Below, piece by piece: positions 1-47,104 of a stretch of DNA of 64,000 bases. The stretch is from Octopus vulgaris (taxonomy: Eukaryota), in the NCBI GenBank assembly GCA_951406725.2, contig OX597824.1:60884001-60948000 (forward strand), written 5' to 3'. Numbering within the stretch: the stretch's first letter is position 1; each line of letters begins with the position of its first letter. Position numbers and translations under genes: made by a program. The notes beneath the pieces were generated by a model that saw nothing but the letters and a program-made list of their open reading frames with translations, did not search any database and was not told the DNA's origin.

Positions 1-639
1 GCATACTTGGGAAAGATTAGAGTCCTATGAAGAAGTACTGGACTTGAGTATGAATATTTTCTTGTGCATATAGTGGGTGAAGTTTTCTGTTTTGGCATTA
101 AGCTAAGAGCATGCTTTCTGAAAGGTCTTCAAAAATATTCTCTTTTATGCTCTGTAGATGTTGCATCTCCTAGAAGCATTCAAGTATAGTCTAGAATTTT
201 TGGTGATCTTCAAGTTTATGTCAAAAACTGTACCATTTTCTTTTAGCTGTCACTTGTAGCTTGTGGCCATTGTCATATTTGAATTCATGGTGCTTCTGAA
301 TGAGCTGGTGTAGCTGTAGGATCTTCATCAAGTGAAGGTTTTACAATGTTTGTGCGTATGTGTGTGTGACTCTGTGTGTGTGTGTCTGCGTGTGTGCGCG
401 TGTGTGTGTATCCATGTATAAAACAGCAAAATAAATAAAAGGATTATAAGGTTTTTAAAGATTTAGAAACGAAGACTTGATTGTATGCATTTCAAAAAAT
501 ATCTACAAACAGCTGATACAATGAAATGTTTAAAGTAATTACCAAAAGTAGCTACTGGTTTTGTTGAAACTGTAGTCCCATCAGAACTGTAATCAGCATC
601 TGAGAATGAAAAAAGTATTTAAGATAAAGCAGTGTATTC

Positions 640-806
640 CATAACTGGAGTCTGGGCAAAAATTCTTTTGGAAACAATTCAAACTTTGTAAGAGTCCATA
701 CCTCATAGAATTCAAGCTGTAATTACTGCCAAAGGCAGTCTTACCCCATATTAAAGTAAATTTGTTTGAAATTTTAAGGTGTTTCCATTATTTTGTCCAA
801 TCCCTA
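640..806 (+). mobile_element. Tc1-family transposon 3' remnant
   Basis: Degenerate W..I.LETIQTL*ESIPHRIQAVITAKGSLTPY* (Tc1 C-terminus) followed by a TIR-like end and TA. Confidence 0.7.
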
Positions 807-924
807 TATATATATAGACAGATAGATATGCATGCACATGTATATAGATCCAGCTTTCTTTCTCTCACTGTCCCTATCTGTACACACATACACACACACA
901 ATAATACATTATACAAAAACAAAT

Positions 925-1306
925 GGCTCTCTGTTGGTTACGACGACGAGTGTTCCAGTTGATCCAATCAACAGAACAGCCTGCTCATGAAATTAACTTA
1001 GCAAGTGGCTGAGCACTCCACAGACACATGTACCCTAAACATAGTTCTCGGGGAGATTCAGCAGGACACAGAGTGTGACAAGGCTGGCCCTTTGAAATAC
1101 AGGTACAAAAGAAACAGGAAGAAAGAGTGAGAGAAATTTGTGGTGAAAGAGTACAACAGGTTTCACCCTCACCCCCCGCCAGAGCCTTGTGAAGCTTTTA
1201 GGTGTTTTCACTCAATAAACACTAACAACTCCTAGTCTAGGAATCAAAACTGTAATCCTAAGACCACGAGTCCACTGCCCTACCCACTGGGCCATTGTGC
1301 CTCCAC
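925..1306 (-). mobile_element. tRNA-derived SINE, family A (other copies about 10575-10937 -, 21861-22170 +, 33170-33475 -, 63735-64000 +)
   Basis: tRNA-like head (ggcccagtggttagg...gtttcgattccc) and a body shared across the copies. Confidence 0.8.
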
Positions 1307-1513
1307 TACATTATAATACTTTATAATAAATTATAAAACAGCTGTTAACTGTAATTTAAATAATAGGCTTTATCTTCACACCTGTAACTCTTGCTAGTTG
1401 TTGGCCCTATACAAAGCACACATTATATTGCTACCATATATAGGATACCTCTGTGTCTAAGTAACTGGACTAGCTATATCTTGTTGCAGCTTACTTCCAT
1501 ATACACACTTCTA

Positions 1514-35002
<33,489 letters not shown>

Positions 35003-36229
35003 CTGGACAGTATACAAAGAAACAAAGAAAAACAAATAAAAAATAAGAATAAACGTTGAAGGAGGGAATTCTTTGCCAACTTTCCCATTTCCTCGCATAT
35101 TTCTTATATGTTGTTTATATAAGCATATATCTCTTCTACTACGCTTTACAAATAACAATTCTTGAGGCACGTATTTTACATCTCCGGCCATTCTCATTAC
35201 TATCTATCTCTCTTTTAGACGGTGACATGGGAGAATCGTTAACAAAAATGCTAAGCGGCGTTTCGTTCCCTTTTACCTTCGCCTGACTTTCATTCTTTTG
35301 GTATCGAAAAAATTAGTGCCAGTTGTGCACTGGAGTCGAGATAACCGACTTATCCTTCACCCCTAAAATCATGTCTTGTGCCTATAACGGAAAAGATTAT
35401 TTGTTTTTTAATTAAACGTTGACAAACTGCCTTTTGGCAACCATTAGCACACTGGACCAAATATTTAGCGGTATTTCGCCCGTCGCTACTTTCTGAGTTC
35501 AAATTCCACCGAGGTCGACTTTACCTTCCATCATTTCGGGATCGATAAATTAAGTACCAGTTGTGTACTGGTGTCGTGTAATCGACTGCCCCCTTCCTCA
35601 AAATTTCAGGCCTTATGTCTATAGTAGAAAGGATTATTATTAATAGTAGAAAGAATTATTATTATTATTATTATTATTAGCAAATGTGCTTCTAGATGTA
35701 GGGTAGATAAAGAGCAGAGTGTACTTGCCCTAGAGGTTAGGGCGATCGTGGTTGTGCGGAGACTTCTACGGGAAGACTTTTATACAGACGTGGTTTCTGT
35801 ATATGTCACCTCAGTGTCATGCGCTAATAACTGTGATGCACATTACCACGGAACGGGGGAGATACCAACTGTCTTTATTTGATGTATTCCCAAATACTCT
35901 GCCAACAACTGTAACCAATCCAAAACAACTCTCAATGAACTATAACAACTTCTCAACAATTTCCTGCGACTCCACAAACTCATGAACGGCACCTTTCGAC
36001 TTCCTGCGATTTCTCATCTCTCGCTCTCAGTCAAACACGCTCCTACATATGTGAGTTCAACTAGTCCATTCTCACAGGGTGTGTTATGATTCTCGCCATA
36101 ACACAAACCTTCGGAAGTCTCCTCTTTTGGAAATTTTAATTAAGATTTAAGATTTACACCTTTCAATCCCACTCTATCTGTATTGTATTGTTCTGTCCTC
36201 AGTAGTTAATAAAGAAAAGGTTAAACCGC

Positions 36230-37340
36230 AGGTGGATAACAACTGAGACGATGTGACGAACAGGATGGCCAATCTTGCCCAGAAATGGGTAGAGAAGAAA
36301 CTGTCCTTGTAAGGTTGGGCAGAGGTGGCGAATGCCTACATTGCCTCCGTCACCATTTACCGTCTGACCGTCGTGCCTTGTCCCGGTTATTGCTTGATCA
36401 AGTTGGAGCGTCTCTTGTGGGTTTTCTTGAGGAAGGGACGCGTTTCAATGGCTAAGCGGTCAGTCTGCTGCCAACTCCTTCTGAGTGGGGGCTGTTGGTG
36501 GGCTGACAAGCGCTGCGGTTGCGTTACCTAGAAGGTGAACGTGTGGGGACTCCGTTTGTGAGACACGTCTTTCTACAGCTCGTCTCTCTGACGGAACTGC
36601 AGTCCTGGGTGAAAGATAGACTGACATTGGGCGCCTGGCACTTAGAATGTCACCAGGCTCTCACTGTCCTCTACACGTCGGACAATAGGATCGGTGGATG
36701 TTCCGCTTTAGCTATTTATAGAGGATAAGTGGCGAGGGGGTGGGGTGCGATGACATCCTAGGGGAGTCTCTGGGCGTCGATGAAGACAACTGGCTAGTCT
36801 GTTCCGGAGGACATTTCGGTTGTGGACTATTATGGATAATTTCCAGATGTCTTTGGTTTGGCAGTGCTACCAGTGGAGGGTTGGGTGGGGGTATACCGGT
36901 TAGAGATAAACTTAACAGACCGGGATGTGTGTGTGATGTGGGCTTGTCCGAGGCGCACGCAGAGTGATGAAACCGTTCTGCATGCACTCGTTCAGTGTCT
37001 GGGAATTGCTGACTTATGGAGTTATGTCGAACATCTGTTCGTGTGGGACGGATCCGTCTGTCGATCGAGTTCATTGTGATGATTGCCCTGCTGCCCATCC
37101 TTAATTGGGCCGACAATGCAGTTTTCCTTTTACTTGGTGGGTGTGGCGAGGCTGAAAGGAATGAGGACAGAGACAGCTCTCTTCGATAAAGTCCTCATCG
37201 ACTTTTTCAAGTTACAATTGAAAAGGAGAGTGAATGTGGAGAGGGAGGTGCTGTCCTCTAGTAAATTTATCAAAAGGTGGATGCAAGTTGCGAAAATGGC
37301 AAAAGTGGATGGTACGACTCACAGTGTAGATCTGTGAGTC
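36230..37340 (+). mobile_element. Tx1/L1-like LINE ORF2 3' fragment, decayed
   Basis: KLERLLWVFLRKGRVSM, ACPR.TQSDETVLHALVQC (CCHC), FFKLQLKRRV.VEREVLSSSKFIKRW. Confidence 0.75.
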
Positions 37341-37525
37341 AGAGGAAAGGAGTTAGAAAGGACAGGGTGTTCTTGGATGGTGGGGTTCCTCGAGGTCCTC
37401 TTGTATCAGGAGGACCCCATCACTACTCCTTTTTTGTTCTTAGTGCCGTATACTATGTATATCTCTCTCTTTTTAAAGCATATTGAATATTATTTTTTTA
37501 CCATTCCCTTACATGTAAACCCCCA

Positions 37526-37668
37526 CATCTCTGAAGAATCTCTGATTCTCTTGTGGTACTTTAAGAATTCCTTCAACAATCTTCTTTACTCCATAAATGG
37601 TAGTGTTTTTCTTTAACGTCTATAAAGATGGTACACTTCTTCCTTCTAATCATTAAAAACATATCCAT
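37526..37668 (-). pseudogene. ELOB: Inverted partial Elongin B copy (5' about 143 bp)
   Basis: Reverse complement reads MDMFLMIRRKKCTIFIDVKE.../VKKIVEGILKVPQENQRFFRD; head-to-head with the 37697 copy. Confidence 0.9.
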
Positions 37669-37696
37669 TGTATATATAATATACGCAACTTATACA

Positions 37697-38020
37697 ATGG
37701 ATGTGTTTTTAATGATCAGAAGGAAGAGATGTACCATCTTTATAGACGTTGAAGAAAACTACCGTTTATGAAGTAAAGAAGATTGCTGAAGGAGTTCTTA
37801 AAGCACCACCAGAGAATCAGAGACTCTCCAGAGATGAAAGTACCTTGGATGATAACAAAGCCCTCAGCGACTGTGGCTACACCAGTAGGTCTGCTCGAGC
37901 TGAAGCACCGGCCACAATTCCTCGCTTTGAAAGCTGCAAACGGTGAATTTGAAGCTCTCGAGCGAACATCTCTGTTCACTCCTCCGGAGATGCCTGATTT
38001 AATGAAATCACTGGATTCTA
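37697..38020 (+). pseudogene. ELOB: Processed Elongin B pseudogene
   Basis: Intronless MDVFLMIRRKRCTIFID.../KTTVYEVKKIAEGVLKAPPENQRLSRDESTLDDNKALSDCGYTSRSARAEAPATI/LALKAANGEFEAL...PPEMPDLMK, with two frameshifts. Confidence 0.93.
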
Positions 38021-38230
38021 CTAACCCACATGTATTCCCACGAGTTTTTATCGTGGGACAGGTCCAGGTTCTTGCAGATTACATTGTTCTGTGGCAGCAA
38101 GAAGGCTGCATAATGTAGACAATATGATCAATGGTTTCTGCTTGCTGTCTACATACACAACATTGGCGACATTATGATTGGTGATTTTTGTTTGTTGCTT
38201 ACATAAAACTGCCTATAATTATTTTTATTA

Positions 38231-38425
38231 AGGTGGCGAGCTGGCAGAATCGTTAGCACGCTGAACGAAATGCATAGCGGTATTTCGTCTGTCTCTACGT
38301 TCTCAGTTCAAATTCCGCCGAGGTCGGCTTTGCCTGTCATCCTTTCGTGGTGGATTAAATAAGTACCAGTTAGGCACTGGAGTCAATGTAATCGACCTAA
38401 TCCCCTTCCCGAAACTGCCCTCGTG
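38231..38425 (+). mobile_element. tRNA-derived SINE, family C (also about 35430-35640 +, 50295-50510 -, 57135-57280 -, 60490-60657 -)
   Basis: ggcgagctggcagaatcgttagc...gttcaaattccgccgaggtcg...catcctttcg...aagtaccag. Confidence 0.8.
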
Positions 38426-38439
38426 GCAAAAAAATTGAA

Positions 38440-38642
<203 letters not shown>

Positions 38643-38644
38643 CA

Positions 38645-39197
38645 TTGAGAGAGCAGTGCATGCCATCAAAGTGACAATGGGGTAAAACATACGAAGCCCA
38701 TTATACCCATCATGACTACCCGTCTGATAAGGGCACACCACGCACATGCATCACAACTATATATGCGCGACATGATAATCTCATATCAAGATAAACAAGG
38801 CATGACCTTGCAGGTGGAGCCCTGTATAATTTTTTTTCAGGTCGGGTGGCCCATCCCGTTCAAAAGGTCCCTGAATAAGGGTTGTTTAAGGATGTTGAAC
38901 GAAAACCCGTGTTTCCGGAGGTGAATTATCCAAACTCCAAAGAATTCCTCTCAACACATAGCTATAATTCTCCCCACTACTTCTGCTCATGATCAGAGAT
39001 GCACATATCGTCAGCCACTAAGAGACATGCTCAACTGGTCAAGGTCAAGCAACTGACAAGCAAATCTGTGGTATTGAGCAGCATATTTGCTGTGGTCCAT
39101 CTTTATACCAAGACAAAACAATGTACATGATAACACTTCCAATCAGTTAAGATAAGAAGCCACGGAGGCCACTGTCTGGTACTGTATCAGGTCATGT
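38645..39197. mobile_element. Interspersed repeat associated with (ATT)n tracts (also about 45705-46125 and, inverted, about 60800-61320)
   Basis: Three alignable copies in the window, each abutting an (ATT/AAT)n tract. Confidence 0.75.
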
Positions 39198-39399
39198 ATT
39201 ATTATTATTATTATTATCATTATTATTATTATTATTATTAATAATAATATTCTTCTTCTTCTCCTTCTTCTTATTGTCGTTCTTGTTGTTGTTGTTGTTG
39301 TTGTAGTTGTTGTTGTTGTTGTTGTTGTTGTTCTTCTTCTTCTTCTTCTTCTTCTTCTTCTTCTTCTTCTTCTTCTTCTTCTTCTTCTTCTTCTTCTTC

Positions 39400-40791
39400 T
39401 CAACCATTGCTCGGATTTTTATCTGTCTACTCCTTTTGCATTTAGTTTAGCCCAGTATTTGCCATGAAGGTGTTTTCTTGCCATCGTTTTATCAAGGTCC
39501 GCTGCTGTTCTAGTTTTAGTTTGGATTTCATTTGTTTTATAGCTTTTGTTGCTTCTTCTTCATATTTGTTAGGTAGTATGACTTCTTGTTTGTATTTGTC
39601 AACTTCCTTAAATACTGAGAATAGTTTTTTTTGTTTTGCTTGTATTTTGTGGCTATTTGTATTACTTTTCCTTGCTTCTGAAGTAGGTATTTTTGCAGTC
39701 CTAAGGTGCTTATTTTATAATAGTTTTCCAGCTGTATAAGGCCTCTACCACCTTCTATACGTTGTATATATAGCCTTTCTATGTCAGATTTTGGGTGGTG
39801 CATCCTAGATCCTGTCATTATTTTTCTTGTTTTTCTGTCTATTTAAGTTAGTTCATTTAGTGCCCAGTTAAGGATATTGTAGCTCTAACTTATAAGTGGG
39901 ACGGCTAAAGTGTTAATACCTATTATCTTGTTTTTAGCATTGAGGCTGTTCTCAGTATTGATCTAACTCGTCTATAGTATACTTTCTTTATTTTCTCTTT
40001 CATTTGTGTGTGTTGTATCGTATCTAGTTCATTGATTTATAAATATTTGTGTGCCTGGCTTTGGTCTATTTTTTTTGTTTCATTGGCTTTATCTAGTGTG
40101 ATGTTTCTACTCTTAACTAGTTTTCCTCTTCTGAAGCCAAATTTCATATCTATTTCTTTGGTAAAACCATGTACTGTCTGTAGTAGTGTTTCCAGCTGTT
40201 TATCATTTGTAGCGTATAGTTTTAGGCCATCCATATATATGAGGTGGCTGATTGGTTTGCCGTAACATTTGTATCCGCATCCAGTAACATTTGTATCCGC
40301 ATCAGTGCCAAGCAGAAAAGGAGTGGAGAGAGCGTGTCTCCTTGGTCTGTTCCTCTTCTAATGTGGATGGCTTTGGTTTTCACGAGTCCCTCTGTTGTTT
40401 GGAGCTATAGCACTGTCTGCCATTTATTCATAAAGTGTCTTATGTATTTTATAATTATTGGTGTTGCCTTGTTCATGGCTAGTGTTTCGAGGATCCATCT
40501 GAGGGGAATACTATGAAAAGCCTTTCGGTAGTCGATCCAGGCCATACTGAGGCCTTTCTTCTTTCTGTGGCTGTCTTCAGTTATAGCTTTATTGATCATT
40601 AGTTGATCTTTACAACCGTATGGGCCCTTGCAGTATCCATTCTGTTCTTCTGGAAACAGGTTGTTTTCTCAATGCTTGCTCAATCTCTGTAGTATTATTG
40701 CAGTAAAAGCTTTGTAAATTGTAGAGAGACAGTTCATAGGTCTGTAGTTTTCTGGTTTTTGCCGTTTCAGCGGATTTGGGAATTAGGATAG

Positions 40792-40855
<64 letters not shown>

Positions 40856-41250
40856 GGAGCAGGTCCAGGTTTTGGTAAATTATCCAGTGAATATATTGTG
40901 CAGCTCTATCATACCTGTTGAGATACTTTGTATGCGCAAGAAGACTGCTCATGGAGGCAACATGATGAATGATTTCCTTTTGTTGTTGACATACACAACA
41001 CGTTGAGCAGCTGCCGTTCATGTTGGCCTGGTAGTTCCTTGTATGTAGGCATTGGTTTTGGGTTGCTTTGATAAACACTGCTGTCTCTGACTTTAAGCCA
41101 GGAGACACTAACCATTGATGAGTAAAGGCTTTGTCAACATCGGCATTATTAGCTCTCTTTGGGTATTTGCCATTGAGAGGTTTTTCTTGCCATTTATCAG
41201 TAAGAATATCCAAAGCAGCAGATTTAGGACGGGTTTTCATACGCTTAACT
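39400..41250 (-). mobile_element. Degraded R4/Dong-like LINE fragments
   Basis: ORFs 39537-39818, 40037-40234, 40405-40599 and 40851-41240 are homologous to the 41.5-45.7 kb element. Confidence 0.88.
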
Positions 41251-41265
41251 TTTTGTGTGCTTATT

Positions 41266-41506
<241 letters not shown>

Positions 41507-41508
<2 letters not shown>

Positions 41509-42437
41509 TTCAGTAGTTTTATTTTTATAGCGTGCTTTCACTTCACTACCGAGCGCAGCTCTGTGTGCCTTAGATATGTGCTGTGATTTGTTGTGATGCT
41601 CTGATGGTTATTGTATGGAAGGTGTTCTGCGTAGGATGTGTGCAGTGCCTAGTAGTGCAATTTTCTGTATGTTATATGTGTTTGTAAGTCCTGGTGTTTT
41701 TGTTATGAATTTGTCTGAATATTTTTTATCATGCCTAATGCACCTACTATGATAGGAATTGTTTCTGTTTTTAGATTCCACATTCTGGTTACCTCTATTT
41801 CCAGGTCTTTGTATTTTGAAAGTTTCTCCATTTCTTTTAGAGTCACGTTGTCATCCGCTGGTATTGACACATCAATTAGAAAACATTTTTTTTCTTCATG
41901 ATCTCTGACAACTATATCTGGTCTGTTGGCCTTAATTTCTCTGTCTGTGTGTATCGGCATATCCAAGAGTATGGTTGCTTTCTCGTTTTCTGTTACCTTT
42001 TCTGGTGTGTGCCTATACCATCTTTTTTTCTGTTGTTATTTCATAATGTTGGCATAGCTTCCAGTGTATGTAGGTTCCAACTCTGTCATGTCTGTGAATA
42101 TATTCCTTCTTAGCCAGGACTGGGCAGCCAGAGATAATATGATTTATTGTTTCTTGTCCATCTCCACATATTCTGCAGTTACTTGTTATATTTCTTTTCA
42201 TTACATGTTTTTGGTAATTTCTGGTGGGGAGGCTTTGGTCTTGTGCTGCAATTAAAAATCCCTCTGTCTCTGCTTTGAGTCCTGAGCTTCTCAACCATTG
42301 CTGGGATTTTTCTTTGTCTATTTCTTTTGCGTTTAGTTTAGTCCAGTATTTAGCATGAAGGGGCTGTTCTTGCCATCGTTTTATCATGGTTCGTTGCTGT
42401 TCTATTTTTAGTTTGGATTTCATTTGTTTTATAGCTT

Positions 42438-42478
<41 letters not shown>

Positions 42479-45400
42479 CTTCTTCTTCTTCTTCTTCTTC
42501 TTCTTCTTCTTCTTCTTCTTCTTCTTCATATTTATTAGGTGGTATGATTTCTTGTTTGTATTTGTCAGCTTCCTTAAATACTGAGAACAGTTTTTTGTTT
42601 TGCTCGTGTTTTGCCGCTATTTGTATCAGTTTTCCTTCCTTCTGAAGTAGATATTTTTGCAGTCCTATGGTGGTTATTTTATAGTAGTTTTCCAGCTGTA
42701 TAAGGTCTCTACCACCTTCTATACGTTGTATATATAGTCTTTCTATGTCAGATTTTGGGTGATGCATCCTAGATCCTGTCATTATTTTTCTTGTTTTCCT
42801 ATCTATTTTGGTCAGTTCATTTAGTGTCCAGTTAAGGATATTGTAGCTGTAACTTATAACTGGGACAGCTAAAGTGTTAATACCTATTATCTTGTTTTTA
42901 ACATTGAGCTCTGTTTTTAGTATTGGTCTAACTCGTCTATAATATTCTTTTTTTTATTTTCTCTTTCATTTGTGTGTGTTGTGTCTTATCTAGTTCATGG
43001 ATTCCTAAGTATTTGTAACTTTGGCTTTGGTCTAATTCTTTTATTTCATTGGTTTTATCTAGTGTGATGTTGCTACTCTTAACTAGTTTTCCTATTTTCA
43101 TGGTTACTTTGGCGCATTTTTCTAATCCAAATTTCATATCTATTTCTTTGGTAAATCCATGAACTGTCTTTAATAGTGTTTCCAGCTGTTTGTCATTTGC
43201 AGCGTATAGTTTTAGGTCATCCATATATAAAAGATGGCTGATCGTTTTGCCGTAACATTTATATCCGCATCCAGTTCTATTTAGCATATCAGATAGAGGT
43301 GACAGTGCCAAGCAGAAAAGGAGTTGAGAGAGCGTGTCTCCCTGGAATATTCCTCTTCTAATGGGGATGTCTTTGGTTTTCATGAGTCCCTCTTTTTTTT
43401 GTAGCTGTAGCACTTTTTGCCATTTATTCATAGAGTGCCCTATGAATTTTATAATTGTTGTTGCTACTTTGTTAATAGCTAGTGTTTCGAGGATCCATGT
43501 GTGGGGGATGCTATCAAACGCCTTTTTGTAGTTGATCCAGGCCATACTGAGGCCTTCCTTCTTTCTGTGGCTGTCTTCAGTAATAGCTTTATTAATCATT
43601 AGTTGATCTTTACAGCCATATGAGCCTTTGCAGCATCCTTTCTGCTCTTCTGGAAACAGGTTGTTTTCGTCCAGGTGCTTGTTCAACCTTTTCGATATCA
43701 CTGCAGTAAATGCCTTGAACATAGTAGGGAGACAGGTTTTTGGTCTGTAGTTTTCTGGTTTTGCTGTCTCATTTGATTTGGGAATTAAGATGGTTTTCCC
43801 CTTCGTGAGCCATTCAGGCATTGTCTCTGGCTCTGCTAGTATGTTGTTAAAGTTTTCAGCTAGCTTTTTGTGCATTCCTGTTAGATATTTCAACCAGAAG
43901 TTGGGGATCTTGTCATGCCCAGGTGCCTTCCAGTTGCTTAGTCTTTGCAGTGCCTGGGTGACCTCTTCAGTTGTTATGGGGGTCCAAAGTTGCTCAGATG
44001 CTGAGTTTGTTGTTTTAATACTCCCTTTTTTTGGTTGTTCGTTCGCTGACCATATTTCTCTCCAGAATTCTTCCACTTCTTCTGCCGTTGGTGCTGCAGT
44101 GATTTCTATTTTATTTTTGCCAAGTTCTTGGTAGAACTTTTTGGGATTGGAGTTGAACTTTTTGTTTTGTTCAAAGAAGCGCTGGCGTTTCTCATACCGG
44201 CGGATCCTTTGTGCTTTGGCAAGGATATCTTGCTTCAGGCTTTCTTTTATCTCAGGTAAATCTTTTTCTGTGATGTTATATTTGCGGAGTATTTTTGTTT
44301 TCTTTTTGTTGCTCAGTAGCGTTGATTGTTTGCTGATTTCATTAAGAATCGACAGATCTTTTCTCATTTTTTAAATTTTGTTTTGGATGTTATTTATCTA
44401 CAGGGTTTGTTTGGGTGGTGGTACTCCTGTTTGGATGGGTTTGAGTGAGTATCCAGCTTCTTTTGTGGCTGCAGTGGCTGCTGCGTATACTAAGTCATTT
44501 AGCTCAGTGATATCGCTTTTTGTTTCAGTGGCTATTAGTTCCGTGACGGCTAGGTTTATGCTGTTTATAATTGGTGTTGTTTCGTCTATTTTGATTTTTG
44601 GGAGGTATGGTCGGTGGTCCATTTTAAGCTCTGTGGTTTTCAGTTCTTTGACTATTTTACTTTTTATATTATCATAATCATTAGGCTTCCCTTCGTTGTT
44701 TCCAGGTTTTAGCTTTGTGTCGCTTTCTTTCTTATCTATATGTTTGTTTGCCGTATTTTGGCTTGCTGTTTGTCGTGTATTATTATGCATCCTCACGGTC
44801 TGGGTTTGTTGTTTTTTGTTTACATCGTGTTTGTTGGGAATGTTACGTTTGTTTTCGTGTTTTACTGTTTCAGTGTTTATATTATTGGGCATTGTTGTGT
44901 GACTTCTATCTACATTTTCCTGGTGTAGTTTTTCTTTTAGATGTTCTATTTCTATTTCTGATATTTTTTTGCGTTGAGAATGTATCTTCGTACGTTAGCT
45001 ACTTTATTAGGGTTCATTGCTGTATCCAAGTCTATATTTATGCTATTTTCCTTTCATATTTTATATGTATGTGTTGTTGTGTTTTCATTTTTGGGTAGAG
45101 CACTGCTGTGAAGTATGCGTGTAGGATAGAAATGTATTCCTCACGTGTCCATTTATGTCTTTTGGGTTTTATTTGCGGGACATGAGGAACAACGCCCGGC
45201 CCATTATTTTGACGGTCGTCATTTTCGTAGGGTACCGGTCCGTTCATTTCTGTTGTCACATTGTTTTGCACGTGTAGTTTTTCGTACATTTTGTGTTGTA
45301 AGTTTAAAGTACATACCTCCCGATTGTTATTCTTGGGTTGAATAATATCGGTGGTATTTAATTTCTTCGTAGTTCCTTTGTACATGGTATTTGGGGTCGG

Positions 45401-45661
45401 GGATGATCTGGTGTTGATGGATCGTAATGTTTCACGCATGTTTACATGTGTTGTGTTAGAGGTGGAGATGATATCGAGTCAAAATACATCATTTCGTTTC
45501 GAAAATAGTAATAAATTTCAATGAGTATTACTTACTCGGGTACAGTCCAATCCTTTGTTAGTAAATCTTTGGCTCCATACGATGTCCTTGTTTTCGATGT
45601 TTGTGGATAGATTTCAGAGCTCTGTTTTATCGTTCTTACATTTTAAACGTCCCCCGTTTAA

Positions 45662-45663
<2 letters not shown>
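41507..45663 (-). mobile_element. Near full-length R4/Dong-clade LINE (RT + CCHC + restriction-like endonuclease) inserted in (TAA)n
   Basis: RT (KAPGHD, YKKAFDSIPH, GIFQGDTLS, LLYMDDLK), CRICGDGQETINHIISGC..RHD, REL motif RPDIVV..LIDVSIP; several frameshifts; (ATT)n on both sides. Confidence 0.92.
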
Positions 45664-45707
<44 letters not shown>

Positions 45708-46125
45708 CGCCTGATAAGGGTACTGAGGCATATGCATGACAACCATAAGATAAAGAGCACATAACTTTGCAGGCGAGACCCTTTTTAGAAGTTAGAATGA
45801 GTAACTCATCCCGCTCGAAAGGTCAATGAATAAGAGTTGTTTAAGGATGTTGAACGAAACACCCATGTTTCCAGAGGTGAATTATTCAAACCCCAAAGAA
45901 TCCCTCTCAACACATGGCTATGATGCTCCCCCACTACTTGGTGATTAAAAATACACATATCAGCCACCAAGGGATATGCTCAAATGGTTAAGATCAAGCA
46001 AATGACATGCGAATCAGTGCTTTTGAGCAGGATATTTTTAACATCAAGACAAAACATATACATGATAACACTTCCAATCAGATGAGAAGCCATATGAGTC
46101 AGTGCCTGATATTGCACCAGGGTAC

Positions 46126-46166
<41 letters not shown>

Positions 46167-46829
46167 TGATAGTCTTATTTTTCTCATGTGCTTTTACTGC
46201 ATTACCGGGCACACACTGTGTTGGAAGTGCTTTACCTATGATGTGCGCGATGCCTAATAGTGCTATTTTGTGTATGTTACCTATATTCGTAAATCTTGGT
46301 ATTCTGGTTGTCTATATGATTTTTAATCATACTTAATGCACCTATTATTATAGGGTTTGTTTCTGTTTTTAAACTCCCCATTTGGGTTATCTCTATTTCC
46401 AGATCTTGTATTTTGAGAGTTTCTCTGTTTCTTTTAGAGACATTGTCATTTTTAGAAGGCATTATCTTTCTTCATGATCTCTGACAACTGTGTTCTCGCG
46501 CGCGTTCATGAGCATGTGCATGCGTGTGTGTGTACTGGTGTGGGTGTCTGTGTGCTTTTGTGTTTGTGTTGTTTCCCAACACTGCCAACACTTAACAAAT
46601 GATGCTGGGGTGTTTACGTTCCCGTTACTTAAGACTTCGGCAAAAAAAGACCGACAGAATAAGTATCAGGCTTAAAATATACAATATATATATATATTTC
46701 TTCACACAGTTAAGATGAAATTTCTTATGGTCGTCACCCGCACACGTCTTGGTCAGTATATACAGTGAAGCTTTATTATATTGTATATTATCGACTGCTA
46801 TTTCCAGTAATTGATGCATTGTTGTACCA

Positions 46830-46893
<64 letters not shown>

Positions 46894-46928
46894 TATATAT
46901 ACATATATATACACACACACACATATAC

Positions 46929-46971
<43 letters not shown>

Positions 46972-47104
46972 TGTTATATTCCGTTAGGAACACTGCAGAG
47001 TACAGTATAGAGCTCGTACACCTTCAGAATTACTCAGTAGAATCGGTAGTATTATTATATACTTACAAGTTTTAGTTTGGGCATTCGTCTTGTGTGAATG
47101 TAAG

